In this document: in pieces, positions 31,334-42,222 of the stretch
Layout: the number at the start of each line of letters is the position of its first letter
Numbering within the stretch: position 1 is the stretch's first letter
NCBI GenBank assembly: GCA_963776275.1
Contig: CAVZMI010000006.1
Location: forward strand, 1-64,000
DNA length: 64,000 bases
Origin: Ignavibacteriota bacterium
GTDB taxonomy: Bacteria > Bacteroidota > Ignavibacteria > UBA10030 > CAVZMI01
Direction: 5' to 3'
Notes under the pieces: generated by a model
Seen by the model: only the letters and a program-made list of their open reading frames with translations
Told to the model about the DNA's origin: nothing
Database searches by the model: none
Position numbers and translations under genes: made by a program

Positions 31334-33199
31334 TCACTGCACCACAAGCACCGGTATCTTCAATTTATGCCTGACTTTTGAAATGGTCGTACCGAAGATA
31401 ACATCTTTTATACCGCGATGTCCGTGTCCGCCCATCACGAGGAAGTCGACCTTATTTTCATTACATAGACGGATGACTTCCTTCGCGACCTTTCCGAAAC
31501 CGAGCACGGCTTTTGCTTCAAGTCCGATCTGCCTGAGCTGATCCGCGTGCTGCTCCAAATGTTCCAAGTCAGAGCGGGCTTCATCGTCGTACGCCTCGGT
31601 CCCAAAAATCTGTCCGCCAACCCCTTCGACCACATGCATCAGCACAACGCGCGCATTATTCTGCTGAGCAATCGCCCGGGCATTCGACAGCACCTGAACG
31701 TCCAGCTTGCTCAAATCGAGCGTAACGCCGATTGTCGAATATGTCTTGGGTATCGCTTCCAATTCTTCCTTCTCCGCGAGAACAGCGGGTCGTTTTCTGC
31801 GCCACGACTTCGGCAGCGCAATGTACAGAAGCAAAAGAAAGATCGCCGCCACAGCCGGAACTACCGTGAGCCATAGAATATACGCACCTTCTCCCGCTTC
31901 CGCAATCCACCCAGAAATTGAACCCAAAGCGAGGCGTGTGTTCAAGGTCACGATGATCGCGGCGCTGATTCCGCCGAGAACTTTCACCTTCAACGAGTTC
32001 GTAAAATTACCCATTAACGATTTGTCGCTCGTAAATTGAATAAGCGGTATAATGGCAAAAGGGAGCTGCAGGCTTAAAATAACCTGACTTAGTATAAGGA
32101 GCCCGTATACCGAGCCCTCTCCTCTTAAAGAAATGATCAGTACCGCCGGAACTATTGCAATCATTCGCGTCACCAACCGTCTAATCGCGGGGCGCATTTT
32201 GAACCGGAGAAATCCTTCCATTACGATCTGGCCGGCGTACGTCCCCGTCAGCGTTGAACTTTGCCCGGACGCGAGCAGTGCACAAGCAAACAATGTGCTT
32301 GCAAGTGCTGTTCCGAGTAAAGGAGTAAGAAATTGATGCGCCTGCTGAATTTCTGTTACGATAATCCCGTTCTTCCAGAACGCTGAGGCTGAAAGGATCA
32401 GTATTGCCGCATTGATAAGGAAAGCGGCATTCAATGCAATAATCGTGTCTATTAAATTGAACCTGCACGCCTGCTTTTTCCCCCCTACGGACTGTTCGAC
32501 CGATCGCGTCTGAACCAACGCTGAATGGAGATACAGATTATGCGGCATAACGGTTGCACCGAGAATTCCGATGGCAACATAGAGGCTTTCTGATCTCAGG
32601 CGCGGTATAAACCCTGTCACGACTTCACCGATAACGGGCTTCGCAAGAAAAATTTCGATGCCGAAACACGCACCCATAATAGTAATGAGCATCACGATAA
32701 AAAATTCCATCTTCCGGATGCCGAAATTCTGGATCAGCAGGAAAATCATCGTATCGAATCCTGTGATGATCACGCCGATGACAAGCGGGAGGTTGAACAA
32801 TAAATTTAAACCGATGGCCGTCCCGAGAACTTCTGCAAGGTCGCATGCGGCAATCGCGACCTCGCACAAAATCCAGAGAACGAAAGCTACGGGCTTCGGA
32901 TAATTATCACGGCAGGCCTGAGCTAGGTCCCGCCCCGATGCGATTCCCAGCCGGGCGGCGAGCGTTTGCAGCAGCACGGCCATCAGGTTCGACATTAAAA
33001 CGACCCAGAGCAATTGATAACCGAACCTCGAACCCCCTTCGATATCGGTCGCCCAATTGCCCGGATCCATATAGCCGACACTTACCAGATATGCAGGCAC
33101 CGCAAACGCAAAAAATCGTTTGATGATCCCATAGTGTCGTGGAATGTGCACGCTGTCATGCACTTCCGATAGCGATACGATCGATTTTTCTGTCGCCAC
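31334..33199 (-). CDS. mntH: Nramp divalent metal transporter with C-terminal USP domain
   Basis: YMDPGN, MPHNLYLHS, QSSTLTGTYAGQ; USP motif VMGGHGHRGIKD.IFGTT. Confidence 0.95.
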   Translation of the reverse strand: MATEKSIVSLSEVHDSVHIPRHYGIIKRFFAFAVPAYLVSVGYMDPGNWATDIEGGSRFGYQLLWVVLMSNLMAVLLQTLAARLGIASGRDLAQACRDNYPKPVAFVLWILCEVAIAACDLAEVLGTAIGLNLLFNLPLVIGVIITGFDTMIFLLIQNFGIRKMEFFIVMLITIMGACFGIEIFLAKPVIGEVVTGFIPRLRSESLYVAIGILGATVMPHNLYLHSALVQTRSVEQSVGGKKQACRFNLIDTIIALNAAFLINAAILILSASAFWKNGIIVTEIQQAHQFLTPLLGTALASTLFACALLASGQSSTLTGTYAGQIVMEGFLRFKMRPAIRRLVTRMIAIVPAVLIISLRGEGSVYGLLILSQVILSLQLPFAIIPLIQFTSDKSLMGNFTNSLKVKVLGGISAAIIVTLNTRLALGSISGWIAEAGEGAYILWLTVVPAVAAIFLLLLYIALPKSWRRKRPAVLAEKEELEAIPKTYSTIGVTLDLSKLDVQVLSNARAIAQQNNARVVLMHVVEGVGGQIFGTEAYDDEARSDLEHLEQHADQLRQIGLEAKAVLGFGKVAKEVIRLCNENKVDFLVMGGHGHRGIKDVIFGTTISKVRHKLKIPVLVVQ

Positions 33200-33346
33200 G
33201 AACCTAAAAGTACCTTGAAGGTGCGTTTATCGAAATTAGAAATAAATTATCATACACGAGTGCTTCTATCAGATATCCAGTGCTATCATCAATACCACAA
33301 CGTACAACATTAAAAAATGGTTCGCGTTACACTGCAATTTCTACTC

Positions 33347-34339
33347 TTACCCCTTTATCCATTCCTCGGCGATTTGTACGGCATTGGTCGCCGCGCCTTT
33401 CCGGAGATTATCCGACACGATCCAGAGATCCAATCCGTTCGGAAGCGACGGATCGCGACGCAACCGTCCTACATATACTTCGTCACTATCCCACGCATTG
33501 ATCGGCAGAGGATAGAGGTTTTTCTGCGGATCATCCTGCACAATGACGCCGGGAGCTTTGCGTAGCATTTCACGTACTTCGTCCAGTTCATATGGCAGAT
33601 CAAATTCCACATTAACCGATTCGCTGTGCCCACCCACAACGGGAACACGAACGCAGGTCGCAGTTACCTTTATCGACTGGTCTCCCATGATCTTCCGCGT
33701 CTCGTCCATCATCTTGCGTTCCTCCCTTGAATATCCATCCTCCAAAAAAATATCGATATGCGGAAGGACATTATAAGCGATGGGATGCGGAAATTTCGGA
33801 TTTGCCACCGTCTCTTTAGCTATTTCTTTTTCAAGCTGATCAATCCCCCGCTTTCCAGCACCTGTCACCGACTGATACGTGCTCACGACAATACGACGGA
33901 TTTTGTACCGGTCATGGAGCGGTTTCAATGCCACGACCATCTGGATTGTCGAGCAATTCGGATTTGCTATTATTCCTTTATGTTTAAAAATTTCCTGACG
34001 ATTAACTTCGGGAACAACCAGCGGCACATTTGCATCCATCCGGAATGCACTGCTGTTATCGATCACCAGTGTTCCATGCTTCACTGCGTGTGGAGCAAAC
34101 TCCTTGCTCACGCCGGCACCGGCGGAGAAGAGAGCAATCTCAACGCCGCGAAACGAATCGGGCTGTAACGCCTCTACCTTCCATGATTTTCCGTTGAATT
34201 GTACTTCTTTTCCGGCCGAACGCTCCGACGCCAGCGGAACAAATCGTTCCACGGGAAAGCGATGTTCTTCAAGAACCTGCGTCATTTTCCGGCCGACGAG
34301 TCCGGTCGCGCCAACCACTGCAACAGTGTACTTTCTCAT
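33347..34339 (-). CDS. asd: Aspartate-semialdehyde dehydrogenase
   Basis: GATGLVG, NPNCST, STYQSVTGAG, DNLRKGAATNAVQIA. Confidence 0.97.
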   Translation of the reverse strand: MRKYTVAVVGATGLVGRKMTQVLEEHRFPVERFVPLASERSAGKEVQFNGKSWKVEALQPDSFRGVEIALFSAGAGVSKEFAPHAVKHGTLVIDNSSAFRMDANVPLVVPEVNRQEIFKHKGIIANPNCSTIQMVVALKPLHDRYKIRRIVVSTYQSVTGAGKRGIDQLEKEIAKETVANPKFPHPIAYNVLPHIDIFLEDGYSREERKMMDETRKIMGDQSIKVTATCVRVPVVGGHSESVNVEFDLPYELDEVREMLRKAPGVIVQDDPQKNLYPLPINAWDSDEVYVGRLRRDPSLPNGLDLWIVSDNLRKGAATNAVQIAEEWIKG

Positions 34340-34360
34340 ACGATTTCTTGTGTTTCCTTT

Positions 34361-34510
34361 CTACCAAGATGTCGCTCCTACGGAGCTCTGGATGATTATA
34401 ATTCTGTTTTCTTAAAAAATGTTTCTACCAATATTTCGCTCCTGACGGAGCTTTAGAAAAATAGTCCTCTGCATTTCTACAAATATGCCGTCCCGACATA
34501 GTTGAGACTA
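34361..34510. repeat. Cluster of three REP-like units
   Basis: CTACCAAGATGTCGCTCCTACGGAGCT, CTACCAATATTTCGCTCCTGACGGAGCT, CTACAAATATGCCGTCCC. Confidence 0.8.
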
Positions 34511-34534
34511 AAATATTTCATACATCTCTTGCTT

Positions 34535-35812
34535 CTATAGCTTTATAATATCCTCGTAATTTTCACGGCGACGAATTACACGGGCAGTCGAATCTTCGAC
34601 AAGTATCTCTGCAGGACGAAGCCGTGCATTATAATTCGAAGCCAGTACATAGCCGTATGCTCCTGCAGTCAATACGGCCAAAAACTCACGCCGGCGGACG
34701 GATTTCATCAGCCGGTCTTTAGCCAGAAAGTCGGTACTCTCGCAGACCGGTCCCACCACATCGACAATCTCCGAAGGCCTGTCGGTGAGCATCAATGGTA
34801 CAAGCTGATGATATGCGTGATAGAGACTGGGCCGGATGAGCTCCGTCATTGCTGCATCTACAATTACGAATTTCTTCGAGCCGGTTTCTTTTATGTACAG
34901 GACCTGTGTCACCAGAATTCCCGATTCAGCGACAAGATATCGTCCCGGTTCGATGATGATCGTGCATTCGGACGATGCGAGTGCGGGTTTGATTGCATTG
35001 ATTATTTCTGATGCCGACTCGATCGATTTTCCCTCCCCCTCCTCGACCGGAAGAGCAGGATGACTTATAGCATTAACATACTGTACGCCGAAACCGCCGC
35101 CGATGTCGATATATTTCAGATTAATCCCATTGTTGCGGAGATCCTTAACAAGCCGGACAAGCGCCTGAGCTCCGCTGATGTATGGTTCACTCGTTGTAAT
35201 TTGTGAACCAAGATGCATATGGACGCCAAGAACTTCGATTGCAGGAAGCGAAACCGCATAGGAAAACACTTTCACCGCCTGATCAATCGGGATCCCAAAT
35301 TTATTGAGCTTAAGCCCTGTCGAAATAAACGGATGCGTCCGGGCGTCGACATCGGGGTTGACCCTGAGAAATATCCGCGCTATCGTACCGCACCGCTGTG
35401 CAATCGATGAAATTGAATCTAATTCCTGAACCGATTCCACAACAAGAGAGAAAATATCTTCCTCAAGTGCACGCTCGATTTCATCGTCCCGTTTTCCCAC
35501 ACCCGCGAACGTAATGGAAGAAGGTGGAAATCCGGCGCGCAATGCAAGCAGCAGCTCCCCGACTGAAACAACGTCGGCCCGCGATCCCTGACGGACGAGA
35601 ATCTTCAGGAGAGCATCATTTGCATTTGCCTTCAATGCATATGCGATATGATACGGTATCCCATCGATTGCCGCTTTAATTTTCGTGCAGCAATCCACAA
35701 TTTCCTGACCACTATACACGTAGAGAGGCGTCCCGTATAGTTCAACAAGTTCTTCTACCGGTATACCTTCACACATTAAAGTGTTCGTATCGTCATAATA
35801 AAAATTATTCAC
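34535..35812 (-). CDS. lysA: Diaminopimelate decarboxylase
   Basis: YALKAN, KFGI, HLGSQI, EPGR, GPVCES, GAYG..SNYN. Confidence 0.97.
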   Translation of the reverse strand: MNNFYYDDTNTLMCEGIPVEELVELYGTPLYVYSGQEIVDCCTKIKAAIDGIPYHIAYALKANANDALLKILVRQGSRADVVSVGELLLALRAGFPPSSITFAGVGKRDDEIERALEEDIFSLVVESVQELDSISSIAQRCGTIARIFLRVNPDVDARTHPFISTGLKLNKFGIPIDQAVKVFSYAVSLPAIEVLGVHMHLGSQITTSEPYISGAQALVRLVKDLRNNGINLKYIDIGGGFGVQYVNAISHPALPVEEGEGKSIESASEIINAIKPALASSECTIIIEPGRYLVAESGILVTQVLYIKETGSKKFVIVDAAMTELIRPSLYHAYHQLVPLMLTDRPSEIVDVVGPVCESTDFLAKDRLMKSVRRREFLAVLTAGAYGYVLASNYNARLRPAEILVEDSTARVIRRRENYEDIIKL

Positions 35813-35845
35813 TTCGCTGTCTCTATTGTTTTTCTAATTAGAATT

Positions 35846-36529
35846 CTATGTCAATATTTGAAGCACAAGCGCGTACGGATATACCAGGGTATTGATCACA
35901 AGCGTAAAAATGTGATCAAACACCGGGACACGCATCAAGAAAATCACAACGAATACACCTATAAAACCGATTCTCCGATAACGCTCACCAATCCCCGGCG
36001 GCAATAGTGATGCGACAATATGAGAACCGTCGAGAGGAGGAACAGGTATTATATTAAAGACTGCCAGGACCACATTCAAGTAAATTCCAACATAAAATGT
36101 GTTAATTAAAAATTGCAGGAACACCTTTGCAGCATCCGGGAAACTCTCGCCCAGTAAAGTGTGGAACCCGATTATGGCAGCTACGGTTAATGTACAAATT
36201 CCCGCCATGAATAAGTTCGACAGCGGTCCTGCAATCGATACAAGAATATCATCCCTGCGATAATTACGGAAATTCAACGGATTCACAGGAACAGGCTTTG
36301 CCCAGGCAATAAATATCCGTCCGGCGGCAAGCAACGAAAATAGCGGAACAAGAATCGTTCCCACCAGATCGATATGGGGAATAGGATTCAGAGTAATACG
36401 CCCCATTTGTTTCGCCGTCGGATCACCGCACCAGAGTGCTATGAGGCCATGAGCATTCTCATGGACGACAACCGAAAGGAAAAGAATCGGCAACACATAG
36501 AGTTGATCAACAATCGATGTTAGTGACAC
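35846..36529 (-). CDS. Site-2 protease (M50) family
   Basis: HENAH, AGPLSN, FNIIPVPPLDG. Confidence 0.93.
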   Translation of the reverse strand: MSLTSIVDQLYVLPILFLSVVVHENAHGLIALWCGDPTAKQMGRITLNPIPHIDLVGTILVPLFSLLAAGRIFIAWAKPVPVNPLNFRNYRRDDILVSIAGPLSNLFMAGICTLTVAAIIGFHTLLGESFPDAAKVFLQFLINTFYVGIYLNVVLAVFNIIPVPPLDGSHIVASLLPPGIGERYRRIGFIGVFVVIFLMRVPVFDHIFTLVINTLVYPYALVLQILT

Positions 36530-36547
36530 TGCGTCTCCAGTCTCTGT

Positions 36548-37459
36548 TTATCCTCGCGGATGAAACGTCTTGTGAACCTCTTTCAAATATTCCCGATCTA
36601 TATGCGTGTATATTTGTGTCGTCCCGATATCGGCGTGGCCGAGCATTTCCTGTACCGCCCGCAGATCGGCACCTCCTTCGAGGAGATGCGTGGCGAAAGA
36701 ATGGCGGAACGTATGCGGATGCACTTCCTTCCGGATCCCCGCCGCCCGGGTATACCGATAGACGATATTCCAGACCGACATTCGCGAAATCGGACCGCCG
36801 CGGGCATTCAAGAAAAGAATGTCCTTACTTTTATGCGATTTAGCCAGATAGCTGCGCGTCCTTCTTTGATACTGGCGAATCCAGTGTAATGCCGATTTCC
36901 CGATCGGCACAATCCGTTCCTTCGATCCTTTTCCCATCACCCTCACAATGCCCTGGTTGAACAGCACGTCATGCTGGGCAAGTCGTGCCAGTTCCGATGC
37001 ACGTAATCCGCATGCATACAGCACCTCAAGCATTGCCCGGTCACGAACCAATAGCCGTTGCTGAAGCGTCGAATTCGACTTCTCCTTTGACGGTTGTTCG
37101 AGTATTGCAAAGACTTCGTTCTGGTTCAGCACCTCCGGCAGGCGCTTTTGCATCCTTGGTGCATCAAGGTGCTGAATCGGATCGTTCGAGGTAATTTCTT
37201 CATTGACGAGGTAGCGGTGCAGTCCTTTTACTGCCGAGAAATTCCGCGCCGTACTTGTTATAGCGAGATCGATTTCTTTCAATAGGGCGAAATAGGCCCG
37301 GCAATCTTCTTCTGTAACACCGTTCCAGAGCTTTGTACCGCGCATTTCAAGAAATTCTACGTACCGTCTGAGATCAAACATATATGCTTTGATTGTCTCT
37401 GCGGCAAGGCTCTTCTCCAATCGCAGAAAGCGCAAGTATGCAACAACGTGCTGATTCAT
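36548..37459 (-). CDS. xerD: Tyrosine recombinase XerD
   Basis: RDRAMLEVLYACGLRASE, GKGSKER, HPHTFRHSFATH, LGHADIGTTQIY, HPRG end. Confidence 0.92.
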   Translation of the reverse strand: MNQHVVAYLRFLRLEKSLAAETIKAYMFDLRRYVEFLEMRGTKLWNGVTEEDCRAYFALLKEIDLAITSTARNFSAVKGLHRYLVNEEITSNDPIQHLDAPRMQKRLPEVLNQNEVFAILEQPSKEKSNSTLQQRLLVRDRAMLEVLYACGLRASELARLAQHDVLFNQGIVRVMGKGSKERIVPIGKSALHWIRQYQRRTRSYLAKSHKSKDILFLNARGGPISRMSVWNIVYRYTRAAGIRKEVHPHTFRHSFATHLLEGGADLRAVQEMLGHADIGTTQIYTHIDREYLKEVHKTFHPRG

Positions 37460-37468
37460 ATCTTTACC

Positions 37469-39844
37469 TCAGATGGGGCGATCCAAACGCTCCTCTGGAG
37501 AAGATTGATCTCCTTCCTCCGGAGTCTGGGTATCCTTGACATTGTCCGCACTTTCCTCCGATGGTGCAGGAGGTTCCTGAACTGGTTCTTCCTGTTGAAC
37601 TTCCGGCTCATTAGGAAGAGCATCTTCAGCAGAAGGATAATTAATTCTTGCGTGATGGATACCGATCAGGGCGCGGAGAAACGCCTCTTTGATCTTAGTT
37701 AAATCATTGAATGTCAGATCACATTCATCTAACTGACCGTCGTTGAACCGAGCCTTAATGATCGAATCGATCTGATCTTCAATTCTGGGCGGCGTCGGCT
37801 CATCCAGGGCTCGAACGGACGCTTCGATGCCATCTGCCAGCATCACGATAGCCGCCTCTTTTGTCTGCGGTTTCGGACCGGGATACCGGTAGTCATTCTC
37901 ATTCACCTCTTCCTTACTCGTCCGCCGCCGCTGTGCTTTATGATAGAAGTAGGAAATTAAAGTCGTTCCGTGATGCTGCGGAATGATGTCGATAACCTGT
38001 TCCGGGAGACCATGCTTACGGGCAAGTTCTGTTCCTTCTTTTACATGGCTGGTCACGATAAGTGCGCTCATACTCGGCTTCAGTCGATCGTGTTTGCTTT
38101 TATGCGATTCCTGATTCTCCACAAAATATTCAGGCATCTCCATTTTACCGATATCGTGGTAGTAGGCTCCGACACGGGCCAGAAGTGCGTGTGCACCAAT
38201 TGCCTCCGCCGCTGTCTCGGCGAGTATTCCCATTGCCATGCTGTGGTGGTATGTTCCGGGTGCTTTTTTCGCAAGCTCCTGGAGCAGCGGGTGGCTGTCA
38301 TCCGCAAGATCGAGCAGCCGTAATTCTGTCGTAATCTTGAAGACTCTTTCAAACACGAAGAGCAGTCCAAATGTGAGAACAGGCGAAAACACCGCATTTG
38401 CCGCCGCCATTGTAGATTCAGAAAGAACGGTCGTAAACGTATCGGCCCGTTCAAGCGCAAGAGCAATAATCGTGATCTCGTACCCGAGGAATATATAGCC
38501 GATTGAACGGAAGATTTGAGTCCTGTGCGTGATATTACGGACTGTGTACACGCTAAGTCCTCCGGCAGCGATTGATGCAAGGACAAGCGCATAATCATTC
38601 CCTCTAATTCCCCCGATAATCATCCCGATGGCCACCGTTCCATAAAAACCTACCCGTGAATCGAATGCTATTGTCAATACCATCGACGCTGCAGGAAGAA
38701 AAATTAAATATTCCAGCGGTGCCTCTACCTTAATGTGTAGAGAAAGTAATGCCATCACGCCTTCAATCAATACAAGGATCGCGATCAAGAGGATCATGGC
38801 GCTGTCGTTGATGATACGCTGGCGGAACAGACTCAGATACAGAACAAAGAGAATGAAAATGATCGCGGAATGGACTACTTTCCCGAGATATTGTGTCAGA
38901 CTCTGCTCAGCGCCTCCACGCTCCATTGAAAATCTCTTGAATGAATCAAGTTTCAATTTCACATCTTCGGTCACTTGTTGGCCGCGGGCGATAATCATTT
39001 CGCCCTCCTGAACAATACCAACGGTTCGCGGCACATGGTCGCGCGCAACTGTCACGGTTTTTTCCGTCTGCTCGTGATCAAAGATTATATTTGGTTTGAG
39101 AAAACTCAAACCGATTTTATATGCTATCATCAACGTATCATTATCATTCTGCATTACGGTCGCGAGTCCCTGCTGCAGCCGGGCAGCGGCTTCATTGACA
39201 TCAAACACTTTCGTTTGAGGCAGTAGCTGCTCTTCGTTGTTCTTCCGGAGCGCGATCGCTGTCGTCGTCATATGTTCTTTTCGCTGGTCAATGACTCCCC
39301 TCGCATAAATCTCATCAAGAGTCTTCGTCAGTGTTTTTTGAAACAGCTCAAGTGATAAACCGGATGGGCGGAGCGATCTGAGAATCTCCAATTCACGATC
39401 CGTCAGGCGCAGTCCGACATCCTTCATCATGGCCACCATGTGTAATGACTCGCTTGCTGCTGTCGACGGTGCTGTTGTTCGTTGTTCCTTTATAACCGTA
39501 GTAAGGAGATTAAGAAAATGATGAAGACTGTCGTGCTGGCTTTGGACAATCTGGTCATTACGCTCGAACACTGGCAAGACTTCCTGCGATGCCGCGCGGA
39601 GTTCTGATTGATACTTGTATTCGTCTTTATAGACCGGAAATGAAAATGGCGCAGTCAGGTCCCGCTCAGTCCAGATTGATCCGACTTTATATTGGATATC
39701 AAACGACGCGCCTCCGGGGTAGAGCAGTGCGATAAGGAGCACGAAAATAATGCCGATGAGAAGCCTCACACCGATGTGATGCCTCCAATCGATCATTTTC
39801 CCGATATCACGGAAAAGATCCCCTATTTTTGTTTGTTGTGTCAT
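37469..39844 (-). CDS. 7TM-HD (HDIG) phosphohydrolase, PgpH-like
   Basis: Extracellular domain, 7 TMs, APGTYHHS, YHDIGK, HHGTT, YPGPKP, MLAD. Confidence 0.93.
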   Translation of the reverse strand: MTQQTKIGDLFRDIGKMIDWRHHIGVRLLIGIIFVLLIALLYPGGASFDIQYKVGSIWTERDLTAPFSFPVYKDEYKYQSELRAASQEVLPVFERNDQIVQSQHDSLHHFLNLLTTVIKEQRTTAPSTAASESLHMVAMMKDVGLRLTDRELEILRSLRPSGLSLELFQKTLTKTLDEIYARGVIDQRKEHMTTTAIALRKNNEEQLLPQTKVFDVNEAAARLQQGLATVMQNDNDTLMIAYKIGLSFLKPNIIFDHEQTEKTVTVARDHVPRTVGIVQEGEMIIARGQQVTEDVKLKLDSFKRFSMERGGAEQSLTQYLGKVVHSAIIFILFVLYLSLFRQRIINDSAMILLIAILVLIEGVMALLSLHIKVEAPLEYLIFLPAASMVLTIAFDSRVGFYGTVAIGMIIGGIRGNDYALVLASIAAGGLSVYTVRNITHRTQIFRSIGYIFLGYEITIIALALERADTFTTVLSESTMAAANAVFSPVLTFGLLFVFERVFKITTELRLLDLADDSHPLLQELAKKAPGTYHHSMAMGILAETAAEAIGAHALLARVGAYYHDIGKMEMPEYFVENQESHKSKHDRLKPSMSALIVTSHVKEGTELARKHGLPEQVIDIIPQHHGTTLISYFYHKAQRRRTSKEEVNENDYRYPGPKPQTKEAAIVMLADGIEASVRALDEPTPPRIEDQIDSIIKARFNDGQLDECDLTFNDLTKIKEAFLRALIGIHHARINYPSAEDALPNEPEVQQEEPVQEPPAPSEESADNVKDTQTPEEGDQSSPEERLDRPI

Positions 39845-39959
39845 AAACAGAAAAAGCGAACCGCGTTTGTGTCCGCTTTCGTTCTATTATTATATAACTT
39901 TTCAACAGAGATGCAAGGAGAAGGTATCAAGATAAAAGATGAATGAAAAGATGGCTGGA

Positions 39960-40943
39960 TCAACCCTTGTGTTTCAATTCTTGCAGGAGTCTCTGCATAT
40001 CTTCCGGTAATTCGGAATCGAATTGAAGGAAGGTTCCCGTGGAGGGATGAATAAATCCTAGTGTTTTGGCATGCAGCGCCTGACGCGGTATCAATTCCAA
40101 TAAATTACGCATATGAGCCTGCCGGTGTCGGTCGGAACCCGCCCAGCTTGCATTCCGCCCCCCGTACGTCGGATCACCGAAGACGGGATGATGTATATGA
40201 GCAAGATGAACACGAATTTGATGTGTGCGGCCGGTTTTTAATTTTAGTCGTACGAGCGCGAGTGAATCAAATTCTTCCATCACTTCGTATTCCGTCACTG
40301 CGCTTTTTCCGCCTGTTACGACCGTCACTTTTTTCCGGTCTGATTTACTCCGACCCAGGCTGGCCTCTACCATTCCACGCTTTTGTTTAAACAAACCCCA
40401 CACGACGGCCCAGTATTCCCGCTCCACCGTTTTCCTTGCAAACTGTTTTGCCAGTCCTGCATGTGTTGCATCGTCTTTCGCCACAACAAGGAGCCCCGAC
40501 GTATCTTTATCTAAACGATGAACGATTCCCGGCCGTTCAACGGTATTCGCCGTTGAAAGTTTTTTCGAATAATACAGAAGAGCATTGACCAATGTTCCAG
40601 TGTAGTTTCCATAAGCGGGATGGACTACCATTCCTGCCGGTTTATTAATCACCAGAAGATATTCGTCTTCATATAATATTGAAAGGGGAATTTTTTCCGG
40701 CCGGGCTTCTGAAGGCGGCGGTTTGGGAATTACGACATGAATTTCATCGCCTGGCGTAACCAGATAACTTGGTTTGACAGGCTTACCATTGACTGTAACG
40801 AAGCCGGCTTTAATTCCCTGATGAACTTTCGAGCGGGTTGCTTTTTGTATATGACAGGCAAGATATTTATCGATCCGCTCTTTTGTTTTCCCCGGCGGGA
40901 TAGTGAAATGGAGTTGTCGATGTTGTGGAGCGTTGTCCGTCAT
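39960..40943 (-). CDS. rluD: RluA-family pseudouridine synthase (RluD-like)
   Basis: S4 domain, NKPAGMVVHP, HRLDKDTSG, TGRTHQIRVH. Confidence 0.9.
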   Translation of the reverse strand: MTDNAPQHRQLHFTIPPGKTKERIDKYLACHIQKATRSKVHQGIKAGFVTVNGKPVKPSYLVTPGDEIHVVIPKPPPSEARPEKIPLSILYEDEYLLVINKPAGMVVHPAYGNYTGTLVNALLYYSKKLSTANTVERPGIVHRLDKDTSGLLVVAKDDATHAGLAKQFARKTVEREYWAVVWGLFKQKRGMVEASLGRSKSDRKKVTVVTGGKSAVTEYEVMEEFDSLALVRLKLKTGRTHQIRVHLAHIHHPVFGDPTYGGRNASWAGSDRHRQAHMRNLLELIPRQALHAKTLGFIHPSTGTFLQFDSELPEDMQRLLQELKHKG

Positions 40944-41600
40944 TTTTGTACGTGCTGGTCGGGATTGCGGTGTTCCTGGGCTGTTACCATGTCGCCCGAC
41001 GACGGTGTGAATTGAATTGGCTCGTTATGCGGTGAATCAGACAAGGCAAGCGGCTCTTTATCCCGCATCACTTTATGCGAAAATAGCAGAAGGAGTATGA
41101 CTCCGATGGTTACCGATGCGTCGGCGATGTTAAACACCGGCCATCGGCTGATGTGGATCCCGAGAAAATTTATATTAAAAAAATCAACGTCGATAAAATC
41201 CACCACACGGCCAGTAAAGAGACTTCCGCCATCGAAGAAAAGTCCATAGAACATACGATCGATGAAATTTCCAACGGCGCCACCCAGAATCATGGCAAGG
41301 GGAAGGCGCAGTATAAGGCTTTCGTTTCGTGCTTTGTATAGATAAATGAGAATTGCGATGCTGGCGATAATTGAAAAAATCGAGAAGAAGAATTTCCCAC
41401 CCCCGGGATCGATGCCGAATGCCATCCCGGAATTTTCAATATAGGTCCGATCGGAGAAAGTCGCCCAGCACCGGAATGCTCGAGCCATACCGCATCCCTT
41501 CCCAATGGATTCCGAGCGAGGGAATGGCGAGACCCTTCACAACAAGTTTTGTTACCTGATCGGCAATGATAATACTTAACGTCACAAACAGAACGCGCAC
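40940..41600 (-). CDS. lspA: Lipoprotein signal peptidase II; apparent frameshift ~41450
   Basis: GTG start: MRVLFV..ADQVTK.. then shifts frame to TYIENSGMAF, GGAVGNFIDR, VVDFID, FNIAD. Confidence 0.92.
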
Positions 41601-41649
41601 GGATTCTCCTGATTTCGTCTCAATTGGTTTTATAATAGTATACGCAAAA

Positions 41650-42180
41650 TTACCGGCCGCGTTTCAATTTGCACCGCAGACAGAGCTGAGCATGCGGAAC
41701 CGCTTCAAGCCGCTCTTTTTCGATAAGCTTACCACAGTCGTTACATCGTCCGTATTCGCCCCGTTCGATCCTTTGCAGGGCATCATCGAGGTAATTGAGA
41801 AATTTGCTTTCCCGTGATGCAAAGAGAAATGTTTTTTCACGCTCCATTGCATCGGTACCCTGTTCCATATGAAGGGAGTAGGTCGAGTTTTCGCTGATGT
41901 ATTCTCCCGTTGTAGTATCCATCATGCTTTCCTTCAGGGTATCGAGCTCCTCGAGAATCTCTTTACGTTTATCCATGATGATCTTTTTAAAATATTCGAG
42001 ATCCGCCTTACCATATCCTGCAAATTTTACTTTTTTCGTCGGTTCAGGCTTTGCTACAACTTTGGGTAGAACCGGCGTTCGTTTCTTAGCTGCTTGAACT
42101 TTCTTCTTGGACGTGGCAACCCCCCTTTTTTCAGGTTTTCGACTTGCGGTTCCTGATTTTGTTCCTTTTTTTGCTGGCAT
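41650..42180 (-). CDS. dksA: TraR/DksA C4 zinc-finger protein with Lys-rich N-terminal extension
   Basis: YGRCNDCG..IEKERLEAVP...CLRC; lies between ileS and lspA. Confidence 0.85.
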   Translation of the reverse strand: MPAKKGTKSGTASRKPEKRGVATSKKKVQAAKKRTPVLPKVVAKPEPTKKVKFAGYGKADLEYFKKIIMDKRKEILEELDTLKESMMDTTTGEYISENSTYSLHMEQGTDAMEREKTFLFASRESKFLNYLDDALQRIERGEYGRCNDCGKLIEKERLEAVPHAQLCLRCKLKRGR

Positions 42181-42222
42181 TCGAATTTTTCTCCTTCTGC
42201 TCTTGGAAAAACACTGATGGTA

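Noticed and set aside
33200-33345. yybP-ykoY riboswitch or DtxR/MntR box upstream of mntH
   Set aside because: No recognisable aptamer, and only a TTAGGTT half-site.
36548-37459. Phage or integron integrase
   Set aside because: Typical XerD length and motifs, no IntI insertion, and embedded in a housekeeping operon.
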